DNA of 64,000 nucleotides from Escherichia coli (GTDB lineage Bacteria; Pseudomonadota; Gammaproteobacteria; Enterobacterales; Enterobacteriaceae): NCBI RefSeq assembly GCF_003334355.1, contig NZ_QOWP01000006.1; one strand, 5' to 3'. Shown piece by piece: positions 1 to 8,675 of this stretch (position 1 is its first letter; each line of letters starts with the position of its first letter). The notes under the pieces were generated by a model. It saw only the letters and a program-made list of their open reading frames with translations, ran no database searches and was not told where the DNA came from. The position numbers and the translations under genes were made by a program.

Positions 1-765
1 ATCTTCTGCGACGAACATGGTCGCGTGCGGGTGAAGTTCAACTGGGACCGTTATAACCCGGCAGACCAAGACAGTTCGTGCTGGATCCGTGTGGCACAGG
101 CGTGGGCAGGCACCGGTTTTGGCCACCTGGCGATACCGCGTGTGGGTCAGGAGGTGATTGTAGACTTCCTCAACGGCGATCCGGACCAGCCGATCATTAT
201 GGGGCGCACCTACCACCAGGAAAACCGCACCCCCGGCAGCCTGCCGGGAACAAAGACGCAGATGACCATCCGCTCCAAAACGTACATGGGCAGCGGATTT
301 AATGAGCTGAAGTTTGATGATGCGACAGGGAGAGAACAGGTCTACATCCACGCGCAGAAGAACATGGATACCGAAGTGCTCAACGACCGTACCACCACCG
401 TAAAACACGATCACCGCGAAACCGTAAAAAATGACCAGACGGTCACGATCCAGGAAGGTAACCGCCTTCTTACGGTGGAAAAAGGCCACAAGATCACCGG
501 AGTACTGAAAGGGTCTTTATCTGAGGATGTCTTTCAGGACAGAGGCACGATTGCCGGTTCGGTGCATGTTGACGCTGTAAACAATGGTGGCGAAGGCGAC
601 GGTATACAGGCTTATACGGCGATTAAGGAAATTTTGCTGGCTGTGGAGGAAAGCAAAATTGCGCTGACGCCGGATGGCATTCAGCTACAGGTCGGGGAAT
701 CGACGGTAATCAGGCTGTCGAAGGATGGCATCACCATCGTGGGCGGTTCTGTTTTCATCAACTGA
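1..765 (+). CDS. vgrG: VgrG T6SS spike protein, C-terminal portion (5' end lies outside window)
   Basis: Open frame from base 1 to stop at 765; translation (..DEHGRVRVKFNWDRYN.., DPDQPIIMGRTYH) matches the conserved VgrG gp5-like region from memory; sits immediately upstream of an Eag chaperone and PAAR-Rhs gene. Confidence 0.8.
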   Translation: MFCDEHGRVRVKFNWDRYNPADQDSSCWIRVAQAWAGTGFGHLAIPRVGQEVIVDFLNGDPDQPIIMGRTYHQENRTPGSLPGTKTQMTIRSKTYMGSGFNELKFDDATGREQVYIHAQKNMDTEVLNDRTTTVKHDHRETVKNDQTVTIQEGNRLLTVEKGHKITGVLKGSLSEDVFQDRGTIAGSVHVDAVNNGGEGDGIQAYTAIKEILLAVEESKIALTPDGIQLQVGESTVIRLSKDGITIVGGSVFIN

Positions 766-792
766 TTCACTCAGATTATCAGGGAGTATTTT

Positions 793-1254
793 ATGCAGTT
801 CACTTTTAATGAAGGCCACATTCAACTGCCGTCTCAATGGCAGGATCAGTCAATGCAGGTCCTGGTGTCCACAGATAACAGTGGCATCAACCTGGTCATT
901 ACCCGCGAAGCCGTTCCACAGGGAACCCTGACACCAGAGCTGTACCAGGAAACGCTGGCGCTGTACCAGGGCAAACTTGATGGGTACACCGAACATGCCT
1001 GCCGGGAAATCACTCTGGCAGAGGCCCCGGCCTGGCTGCTGGATTATTCCTGGAACGGTCCGGAAGATGAGGGGAATCAGGGGCGGATTAGCCAGATAGC
1101 CGTATTCCAGCGGCGTGGAGATACGCTGCTGACCTTCACTTTCAGCACCTCCTTATCCCTGAAGAACAGTCAAAAGACGATGCTGCTGGAGGTGATAAAG
1201 AGCTTCACCCCGTTGCCACCGGAGAATGACATCCAAAAGGACCAGCCGCGCTGA
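793..1254 (+). CDS. DUF1795-family effector-associated (Eag-type) chaperone
   Basis: 153-aa ORF between vgrG and a prePAAR Rhs effector; N-terminus MQFTFNEGHIQLPSQWQDQSMQVL resembles DUF1795 proteins as recalled; SD-like AGGGAG upstream. Confidence 0.65.
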   Translation: MQFTFNEGHIQLPSQWQDQSMQVLVSTDNSGINLVITREAVPQGTLTPELYQETLALYQGKLDGYTEHACREITLAEAPAWLLDYSWNGPEDEGNQGRISQIAVFQRRGDTLLTFTFSTSLSLKNSQKTMLLEVIKSFTPLPPENDIQKDQPR

Positions 1255-1273
1255 CATAAACGAGGGATAACAC

Positions 1274-3391
1274 ATGAGTGAAGGACCAGGCGGGCCACAG
1301 GGAGCGACCGCAGGCGGTACGCTGGCAATGCGAATGCTGTCACAGCAGGCGATGGTCGCCAGCCAGATGAAACGGGCAGCCAACGACAAAGCCATTGCAC
1401 AGATGCTGGCAGCAAAGAAGTCCGGCCCACCTGCCGCCAGGCTGGGCGATGAAATTCAGCATAAAAGTTTTCTGGGGGCACTGGCAGGGGCCGTGCTGGG
1501 GGCGATAGTGACCATCGCAGAAGGTTGCCTGATTATGGCCGCCTGCGCCACCGGCCCTTATGCGCTGGTTCTGGTGCCTGCGCTGATGTATGCCAGCTAT
1601 AAGGCGAGTGATTATGTGGAGGAGAAACAGAACCAGCTTGAATCATGGATAAACAGCTTTTGTGACACGGACGGCGCCATCAATACCGGTTCTGAAAATG
1701 TAAACATTAACGGAAAGCCCGCTGCAAGGGCCGCCGTCACCCTTCCCCCTCCTCCCCCACCTGGAGCAATACCTGAAATCCCACAGGGGGAACCCTCATG
1801 GGGTGATATTGCCACTGACCTGCTTGAATCGGCAGCGGAAAAAGCAGTACCACTGGCGAAGGCCTGGGGGAACGCTGTTATCACCCTGACGGAAAGCAAT
1901 GCCGGTTTTATGGATCGCGTCAGCGCCGGCGCATCGCTTCTGTTTCCCGCCGGTCCGGTATTAATGGAGTTTGCCACCATGGTGGGCGGGCGTGGCGAAA
2001 TCAAAAAAGATGTGGATTTCCCGGAAGCCGGTGAGGACACGGCGCTCTGCGACAAGGAGAACAAACCACCGAGGATAGCCCAGGGCAGTAGCAACGTCTT
2101 TATCAACAATCAGCCTGCCGCGCGCAAGGGCGACAAACTGGAGTGCAGTGCGGCGATCGTGGAAGGTTCGCCGGACGTCTTTATTGGGGGTGAGCAGGTC
2201 ACCTATCTGGATATCCAGCCGGAGTTCCCGCCATGGCAGAGAATGATCCTGGGAGGAATAACGATAGCCAGCTATCTTCTGCCGCCAGCAGGACTGCTGG
2301 GAAAACTGGGGAATCTGGCGAAACTGGGCAAACTGGGAAACCTGCTGGGGAAAAGCGGGAAGCTGCTGGGCGCAAAGCTCGGCGCGTTGCTGGGGAAAAC
2401 AGGTAAGTCGTTAAAAAGTATTGCCAATAAAGTCATCAGATGGGTAACAGATCCTGTCGATCCGGTAACCGGCGCGTACTGCGACGAACGTACCGACTTC
2501 ACCCTGGGCCAGACCCTCCCCCTCTCCTTCACCCGTTTCCACAGTTCGGTACTGCCACTGCATGGCCTGACGGGCGTGGGCTGGAGTGACTCCTGGAGCG
2601 AATACGCCTGGGTGCGTGAACAGGGAAACCGGGTGGATATCATCAGCCTGGGAGCCACGCTGAACTTCGCCTTCGACGGTGAAAGTGATACGGCGGTTAA
2701 CCCGTATCACGCCCAGTACATTCTGCGCCGCCGTGATGATTATCTGGAGCTGTTCGACAGGGATGCACTGAGCAGCCGCTTCTTTTATGACGCCTTTCCG
2801 GGAATGCGTCTGCGCCACCCGGTGACTGACGATACCAGCGATGACCGCCTGGCACACAGCCCCGCAGACCGGATGTACATGCTGGGCGGGATGAGCGACA
2901 CCGCCAGCAACCGCATCACGTTTGAGCGCGACAGCCAGTACCGGATCACGGGTGTCAGTCACACCGACGGGATCCGGCTTAAACTGACGTACCACGCCAG
3001 CGGCTACCTGAAAGCCATTCACCGCACGGATAACGGCATACAGACGCTGGCGACCTACGAACAGGATGCGCGGGGGCGGCTGACAGAAGCGGATGCGCGG
3101 CTGGACTACCACCTGTTTTATGAGTACGACGCTGCGGACCGGATCATCCGCTGGTCCGATAACGACCAGACGTGGAGCCGTTTCACCTACGATGCACAGG
3201 GCCGGTGCGTGACCGTCACCGGGGCGGAGGGCTATTACAACGCCACGCTGGACTATGGTGACGGCTGCACCACCGTGACGGACGGCAAGGGCATTCACTG
3301 TTATTACTATGATCCTGACGGCAATATTCTGCGGGAAGCAGCGCCGGACGGGTGGAGAAATTTGAATACAACGCCGCACACGATCAGTTAA
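1274..3391 (+). CDS. rhs: prePAAR/PAAR-Rhs T6SS effector, N-terminal segment (prePAAR motif, TM helices, PAAR, first YD repeats); reading frame breaks near 3350
   Basis: 705-aa ORF; AARLGDEIQH fits the prePAAR motif AARxxDxxxH; hydrophobic stretch follows; PAAR-like GKPAAR and NQPAARKGD segments; YD-repeat core begins; frame ends 3391 while the continuation is in another frame. Confidence 0.8.
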   Translation: MSEGPGGPQGATAGGTLAMRMLSQQAMVASQMKRAANDKAIAQMLAAKKSGPPAARLGDEIQHKSFLGALAGAVLGAIVTIAEGCLIMAACATGPYALVLVPALMYASYKASDYVEEKQNQLESWINSFCDTDGAINTGSENVNINGKPAARAAVTLPPPPPPGAIPEIPQGEPSWGDIATDLLESAAEKAVPLAKAWGNAVITLTESNAGFMDRVSAGASLLFPAGPVLMEFATMVGGRGEIKKDVDFPEAGEDTALCDKENKPPRIAQGSSNVFINNQPAARKGDKLECSAAIVEGSPDVFIGGEQVTYLDIQPEFPPWQRMILGGITIASYLLPPAGLLGKLGNLAKLGKLGNLLGKSGKLLGAKLGALLGKTGKSLKSIANKVIRWVTDPVDPVTGAYCDERTDFTLGQTLPLSFTRFHSSVLPLHGLTGVGWSDSWSEYAWVREQGNRVDIISLGATLNFAFDGESDTAVNPYHAQYILRRRDDYLELFDRDALSSRFFYDAFPGMRLRHPVTDDTSDDRLAHSPADRMYMLGGMSDTASNRITFERDSQYRITGVSHTDGIRLKLTYHASGYLKAIHRTDNGIQTLATYEQDARGRLTEADARLDYHLFYEYDAADRIIRWSDNDQTWSRFTYDAQGRCVTVTGAEGYYNATLDYGDGCTTVTDGKGIHCYYYDPDGNILREAAPDGWRNLNTTPHTIS

Positions 3392-5724
3392 GCCGTTACA
3401 CGGCGGCAGACGGCGCGGAGTGGCAGTACCGCTATGATGAGCGCGGCCTGCTCAGCAACATCACCGACACTGCCGGACAGACGTGGACACAGCTGTGCGA
3501 TGAACGCGGCCTGCCGGTGAGTCTGGTATCGCCACAGGGCGAAGAGACCCGGCTGGCGTACACCGCTCAGGGGCTGCTGTCGGGAATATTCCGCCAGGAT
3601 GAACGGCGTCTGGGCATAGAGTACGACCACCACAACCGGCCGGAAACACTCACCGACGTGATGGGCCGTGAACACCACACCGAATACAGTGGTCACGACC
3701 TGCCGGTGAAGATGCGCGGCCCCGGCGGTCAGTCAGTGCGGTTGCAGTGGCAGCAGCACCATAAACTGAGCGGCATTGAACGTGCTGGAACCGGCGCAGA
3801 AGGATTCCGCTATGACCGCCACGGCAACCTGCTGGCGTACACGGACGGTAACGGCGTTGTCTGGACAATGGAATACGGCCCGTTCGATTTGCCGGTGGCG
3901 CGAACGGACGGTGAAGGCCACCGCTGGCAGTACCGCTACGATAAAGACACGCTGCAACTGACAGAAGTCATTAACCCGCAGGGCGAATCATACCTTTATG
4001 TTCTGGATAACTGTGGCCGGGTGACGGAAGAGCATGACTGGGGCGGCGTGGTCTGGCGTTACCGCTATGACGCCGATGGCCTGTGTACCGCCAGGGTTAA
4101 CGGCCTGGAGGAAACTATCCTCTACAGCCGGGACGCCGCAGGCCGCCTGGCAGAAATCATCACGCCGGAAGGCAAAACGCAGTATGCGTATGACAAATCC
4201 GGCAGGCTGACGGGTATCTTCAGCCCGGACGGTACATCACAGCGCACCGGCTATGATGAACGCGGGCGGGTGAATGTCACCACTCAGGGCCGACGGGCCA
4301 TTGAATACCACTACCCCGATGAACACACCGTCATCCGCTGTATCCTGCCACCGGAAGATGAACGCGACAGACACCCCGGTGAATCCCTGCTGAAAACCAC
4401 GTACCGCTACAACGCCGCCGGAGAACTGACGGAGGTTATCCTGCCGGGGGATGAGACGCTGACGTTCAGCCGTGATGAGGCAGGACGTGAAGTGCTCCGG
4501 CACAGTAACCGGGGTTTTGCCTGTGAACAGGGCTGGAATGCAGCCGGTCAGCCTGTCAGTCAGCGCGCCGGTTTTTTCCCGGAAGAAGCCACATGGGGCG
4601 GGCTGGTTCCGTCACTGGCGCGGGAGTACCGTTACGACAGCGCGGGTAATGTGTCAGGCGTCACCAGCCGGGAAGATTACGGACGGGAAACCCGGCGGGA
4701 ATACCGGCTGGACCGGAACGGCCAGGTCACGGCGGTGACAGCCTCAGGCACCGGGCTGGGCTATGGCGAAGGCGACGAGACTTATGGCTATGACAGCTGC
4801 GGCTACCTGAAGGCGCAGTCTGCGGGCAGGCACCGGATAAGTGAAGAGACTGACCAGTATGCCGGAGGCCACCGGCTGAAACAGGCCGGAAACATGCAGT
4901 ATGACTATGACGCCGCAGGCCGGATGGTCAGCCGGACAAAACACCGTGACGGCTACCGCCCGGAAACAGAGCGGTTCCGGTGGGACAGCCGGGACCAGCT
5001 GACCGGGTATTGCAGCGCACAGGGTGAGCAGTGGGAATACCGCCACGACGCCAGCGGCAGACGAACGGAAAAACGCTGCGACCGGAAGAAAATCCGTTTT
5101 ACGTACCTGTGGGACGGCGACAGTATTGGGGAAATCCGGGAATACCGCGATGATAAACTGTACAGCGTACGGCACCTGGTGTTTAACAGCTTTGAGCTGA
5201 TAAGCCAGCAGTTCAGCCGGGTACGACAGCCGCACCCGTCCGTGGCCCCGCAGTGGGTGACGCGGACGAATCATGCGGTGAACGACCTGACGGGCCGTCC
5301 GCTGATGCTCTTTAACAGTGAAGGTAAAACCGTCTGGCGACCGGGACAGACCAGCCTGTGGGGGCTGGCACTCAGCCTGCCCGCAGACACCGGCTACCCG
5401 GACCCGCGCGGGGAACTGGACCCGGAAGCCGACCCCGGCCTGCTGTATGCGGGGCAGTGGCGGGATGCGGAATCGGGGCTGTGCTATAACCGGTTCCGGT
5501 ATTACGAGCCGGAGAGCGGGATGTACCTGGTGAGTGATCCACTGGGGTTGCAGGGAGGGGAGCAGACTTACCGGTATGTGCCGAATCCTTTAAGATGGAT
5601 AGATCCCTTAGGATTAAATAAAGGAGCTTCATTATCTAAAATGATGAATAGCTCCAGTGATCTCATGGGGTTGAGAAGGCAGCCCCAGAACTTCTGGCGG
5701 CTATATCGCGGAAAAGACATTTAA
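3352..5724 (+). CDS. rhs: Rhs YD-repeat core and C-terminal tip (continuation of the same rhs gene in a different frame)
   Basis: 790-aa ORF rich in YD/RYxYD repeats; ends with core-terminating motif ..YRYVPNPLRWIDPLGL followed by only ~35 aa and three consecutive stops (TAA TAA TAG). Confidence 0.8.
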   Translation: MEKFEYNAAHDQLSRYTAADGAEWQYRYDERGLLSNITDTAGQTWTQLCDERGLPVSLVSPQGEETRLAYTAQGLLSGIFRQDERRLGIEYDHHNRPETLTDVMGREHHTEYSGHDLPVKMRGPGGQSVRLQWQQHHKLSGIERAGTGAEGFRYDRHGNLLAYTDGNGVVWTMEYGPFDLPVARTDGEGHRWQYRYDKDTLQLTEVINPQGESYLYVLDNCGRVTEEHDWGGVVWRYRYDADGLCTARVNGLEETILYSRDAAGRLAEIITPEGKTQYAYDKSGRLTGIFSPDGTSQRTGYDERGRVNVTTQGRRAIEYHYPDEHTVIRCILPPEDERDRHPGESLLKTTYRYNAAGELTEVILPGDETLTFSRDEAGREVLRHSNRGFACEQGWNAAGQPVSQRAGFFPEEATWGGLVPSLAREYRYDSAGNVSGVTSREDYGRETRREYRLDRNGQVTAVTASGTGLGYGEGDETYGYDSCGYLKAQSAGRHRISEETDQYAGGHRLKQAGNMQYDYDAAGRMVSRTKHRDGYRPETERFRWDSRDQLTGYCSAQGEQWEYRHDASGRRTEKRCDRKKIRFTYLWDGDSIGEIREYRDDKLYSVRHLVFNSFELISQQFSRVRQPHPSVAPQWVTRTNHAVNDLTGRPLMLFNSEGKTVWRPGQTSLWGLALSLPADTGYPDPRGELDPEADPGLLYAGQWRDAESGLCYNRFRYYEPESGMYLVSDPLGLQGGEQTYRYVPNPLRWIDPLGLNKGASLSKMMNSSSDLMGLRRQPQNFWRLYRGKDI

Positions 5725-5756
5725 TAATAGCATTACCAGGCTCAGATGAATTCAGA

Positions 5757-6017
5757 ATGCTTGAACATTTTGGAGCCGAAGCTTCGGTATTAGACATGAC
5801 GATTATTGTTCGTTCAAATCCGAGTAAAGCCGCTATTCTTGAAGAGTTTTTACATGGTACACAAGAGAAACTAGGAATAGCTGAAAAATTAGGACGTTAT
5901 GGACTAGGGAGTGCAGAAACGCACGTTAAGGATTTCATGATAAGACACAAAAAAATGCTTGGGTTATCTGATGAGGATGTAGCAATACTCAAAATATTGA
6001 AAGACAAGGGGTTGTGA
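5757..6017 (+). CDS. hypothetical protein, candidate Rhs-CT immunity protein
   Basis: 86-aa ORF 32 bp downstream of rhs stop, in low-GC DNA; stop overlaps the next ORF start (GTGATG); no recognisable family. Confidence 0.4.
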   Translation: MLEHFGAEASVLDMTIIVRSNPSKAAILEEFLHGTQEKLGIAEKLGRYGLGSAETHVKDFMIRHKKMLGLSDEDVAILKILKDKGL

Positions 6018-6304
6018 TGAATATAATTCTGCCGATAAAAGATATATTTATTATTGCGGGAAACATAGTTTTTAGCGTTTTATACAATGAACATCTTGAG
6101 TTCCCATGCCGCTGCCAATTACTATCTTCAAATTCTGAAGTTATGCAAGAGTTATATATTGAAAAAGAGTTATTTATTAAACGCACTACGGAAAATGATT
6201 GTCGTGCTTTAGTGTTAAGAGGAACATTGGAATACTTATTTGATGAAATTATTGCTGGCGAGTGTGCATTGGCCTTATTACAAAAAGAAATAAAAAAAGA
6301 TTAA
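6014..6304 (+). CDS. hypothetical protein, upstream part of an ORF interrupted at an A7 tract
   Basis: 96-aa ORF translationally coupled to the previous ORF; stop lies just after A7 run 6292-6298; open frame continues in the +1 frame to 6590. Confidence 0.35.
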   Translation: MMNIILPIKDIFIIAGNIVFSVLYNEHLEFPCRCQLLSSNSEVMQELYIEKELFIKRTTENDCRALVLRGTLEYLFDEIIAGECALALLQKEIKKD

Positions 6305-6590
6305 TCCAATATGTAGAACGGGACAATACCCATCTTTTAACAATGAACTTCGTAATTTTTATCTTAGAAATAATGCTACATTATATGAGGTATATCATGA
6401 GGTAAAAAATGTTAACAAGGGAGTTGGCCTGGTGGGAGATAATGGTATCGTCCTGGTAATTAGAAGTTCCAATTCCAAAAATACACTTGAGGAATTTCAT
6501 GAATTCTTTGGAAACTTCAAACCTAATAATTCAACAGCTCGAGTTGAAGTGATTGATCAATCCGTTTTAGAACCTTTTTGGAGATTTTAA
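6294..6590 (+). pseudogene. start-less open frame continuing the 6014-6304 ORF after a +1 shift at the A7 tract (or small GTG-initiated ORF from about 6440)
   Basis: ~99 sense codons with no in-frame ATG; frame opens right after the A7 tract; internal AAGGGAG-N8-GTG could start a ~52-aa product. Confidence 0.3.
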
Positions 6591-6594
6591 AAAT

Positions 6595-6792
6595 ATGATC
6601 ACCAAATCAAGTATACTCATAGAGTATAAAGATAAAAGTAAACTAACCGATAGTATTTATAAGTTTGTAAATGCTCTAGACATTGACTTTTCGATATTAA
6701 AATATGACTACTTTGATGTAAATGAGTATAAAAAAACATTACTTATGACACATCTTTTATTGACAAAGATGCAGAATATATTGAATTACTAG
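6595..6792 (+). CDS. hypothetical protein, upstream part of an ORF interrupted at an A7 tract
   Basis: 65-aa ORF with GGAG upstream; A7 run at 6730-6736; the -1 frame stays open from 6732 to 7070. Confidence 0.35.
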   Translation: MITKSSILIEYKDKSKLTDSIYKFVNALDIDFSILKYDYFDVNEYKKTLLMTHLLLTKMQNILNY

Positions 6793-7070
6793 CGAAGATT
6801 GATTTTTCTTATGAAGTTGATTTCGGCACATCAACAACATCGATTGAAAGCAAGTATCTTCCATCTCTAACTGATTTCATCGCTCAATCACTATCACAAC
6901 AATTAAATTGTGACATAATAACCAGCTTTAAACCATTAAGTGGAGATGAGTTTTGCCCAATAACATATTTTTCAAAAGGTAAAGAAGTTATCAATTTTAC
7001 GACATTTAATTCAAATTGTTGGGATGGGGTATGCTGGGTAAAAAAAAGGAGGCAAACAAATATCCGCTAA
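6732..7070 (+). pseudogene. start-less open frame continuing the 6595-6792 ORF after a -1 shift at the A7 tract
   Basis: 112 sense codons without in-frame ATG, directly overlapping the end of the previous ORF at an A7 run. Confidence 0.3.
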
Positions 7071-7268
7071 CGTAGTTTTTCAATAGCTACACCATGTCAC
7101 GTAACATGATGCCTGGATATTAACCAGGGAAAGATCATCAGAAGTTCACTTTTTGTACTAAATAATTCGCATTTTATGTTTAAAAATTGAGATATTCCTT
7201 ATTACCTGAAGCTGTTTTTTATTGCTTATACATGATCAAATACTTCTTACATAATTAAGGAGAACAAA

Positions 7269-8405
7269 ATGGAACTTAAAAAATTGATGGAACATATTTC
7301 TATTATCCCCGATTACAGACAACCCTGGAAAGTGGAACATAAATTATCGGATATTCTACTGTTGACTATTTGTGCCGTTATTTCTGGTGCAGAAGGTTGG
7401 GAAGATATAGAGGATTTTGGGGAAACACATCTCGATTTTTTGAAGCAATATGGTGATTTTGAAAATGGCATTCCTGTTCACGATACCATTGCCAGAGTTG
7501 TATCCTGTATCAGTCCTGCAAAATTTCACGAGTGCTTTATTAACTTGATGCGTGATTGTCATTCTTCAGATGATAAAGACGTCATTGCAATTGATGGAAA
7601 AACGCTCCGGCACTCTTCTGACAAGAGTCACCGCAGGGGAGCGATTCATGTCATTAGTGCGTTCTCAACAATGCACAGTCTGGTCATCGGACAGATCAAG
7701 ACGGATAAGAAATCTAATGAGATTACAGCTATCCCTGAACTTATTAACATGCTGGATATTAAAGGAAAAATCATCACAACCGATGCGATGGGTTGCCAGA
7801 AAGATATTGCAGAGAAGATACAAAAACAGGGATGTGATTATTTATTCGCGGTAAAAGGAAACCAGGGGCGGCTAAATAAAGCCTTTGAGGAAAAATTTCC
7901 GCTGAAAGAATTAAATAATCCAGAGCATGACAGTTACGCAATGAGTGAAAAGAGTCACGGCAGAGAAGAAATCCGTCTTCATATTGTTTGCGATGTCCCT
8001 GATGAACTTATTGATTTCACGTTTGAATGGAAAGGGCTGAAGAAATTATGCGTGGCAGTCTCCTTTCGGTCCATAATAGCAGAACAAAAGAAAGAGCCAG
8101 AAATAACGGTCAGATATTATATCAGTTCTGCTGATTTAACCGCTGAGAAATTCGCCACAGCGATCCGAAATCACTGGCACGTGGAGAATAAGCTGCACTG
8201 GCGTCTGGACGTGGTAATGAATGAAGACGACTGCAAAATAAGAAGAGGAAATGCAGCAGAATTATTTTCAGGGATACGGCACATCGCTATTAATATTTTG
8301 ACTAATGATAAGGTATTCAAGGCAGGGTTAAGACGTAAGATGCAAAAAGCAGCCATGGAGAGAAACTATCTGGCGTCAGTCCTTGCGGGGAACGGGCTTT
8401 CGTAA
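7269..8405 (+). mobile_element. ISAs1-family transposase (H-repeat-associated protein, YhhI-like)
   Basis: 378-aa [35 protein letters not shown] matches Rhs-associated H-rpt proteins as recalled; adjacent to an Rhs element; element ends not mapped. Confidence 0.8.
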
Positions 8406-8675
8406 TCTTGCCCTGCCTGCTCACCTCCTCCAGGCACTTCCACTACATGATGACCTGCTCGGTGCCACCGCTCCTTTTCACTATGACGTTAACCTCCCCG
8501 TCCCAGGACACCATGCTTTTGTCTACATTCTACGCAAACGGCAACTTTTATAACCAGTGTAAAAATAACGTGCCGCAATAGTCATACCTATTAATGGTAA
8601 AAAGCTGTCACAATTCATAAAAAACCTTAATATACGCCACCCTAAACATAACCAGCGTTAATGTAAGGTTTTTGT

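Noticed and set aside
2260-2410. Possible CRISPR-like periodic repeats
   Set aside because: Repeats are short imperfect in-frame coding repeats (KLGxL) inside rhs, with no spacer/repeat architecture; no CRISPR array seen anywhere in the window
2411-3379. 322-aa ORF on the minus strand inside the Rhs core
   Set aside because: Antisense to a strongly supported YD-repeat coding region; typical GC-rich shadow ORF with no start context
3352-3391. Programmed ribosomal frameshift in rhs
   Set aside because: Shift site lies in a G-rich stretch without a slippery heptamer or downstream structure; a simple indel is more parsimonious
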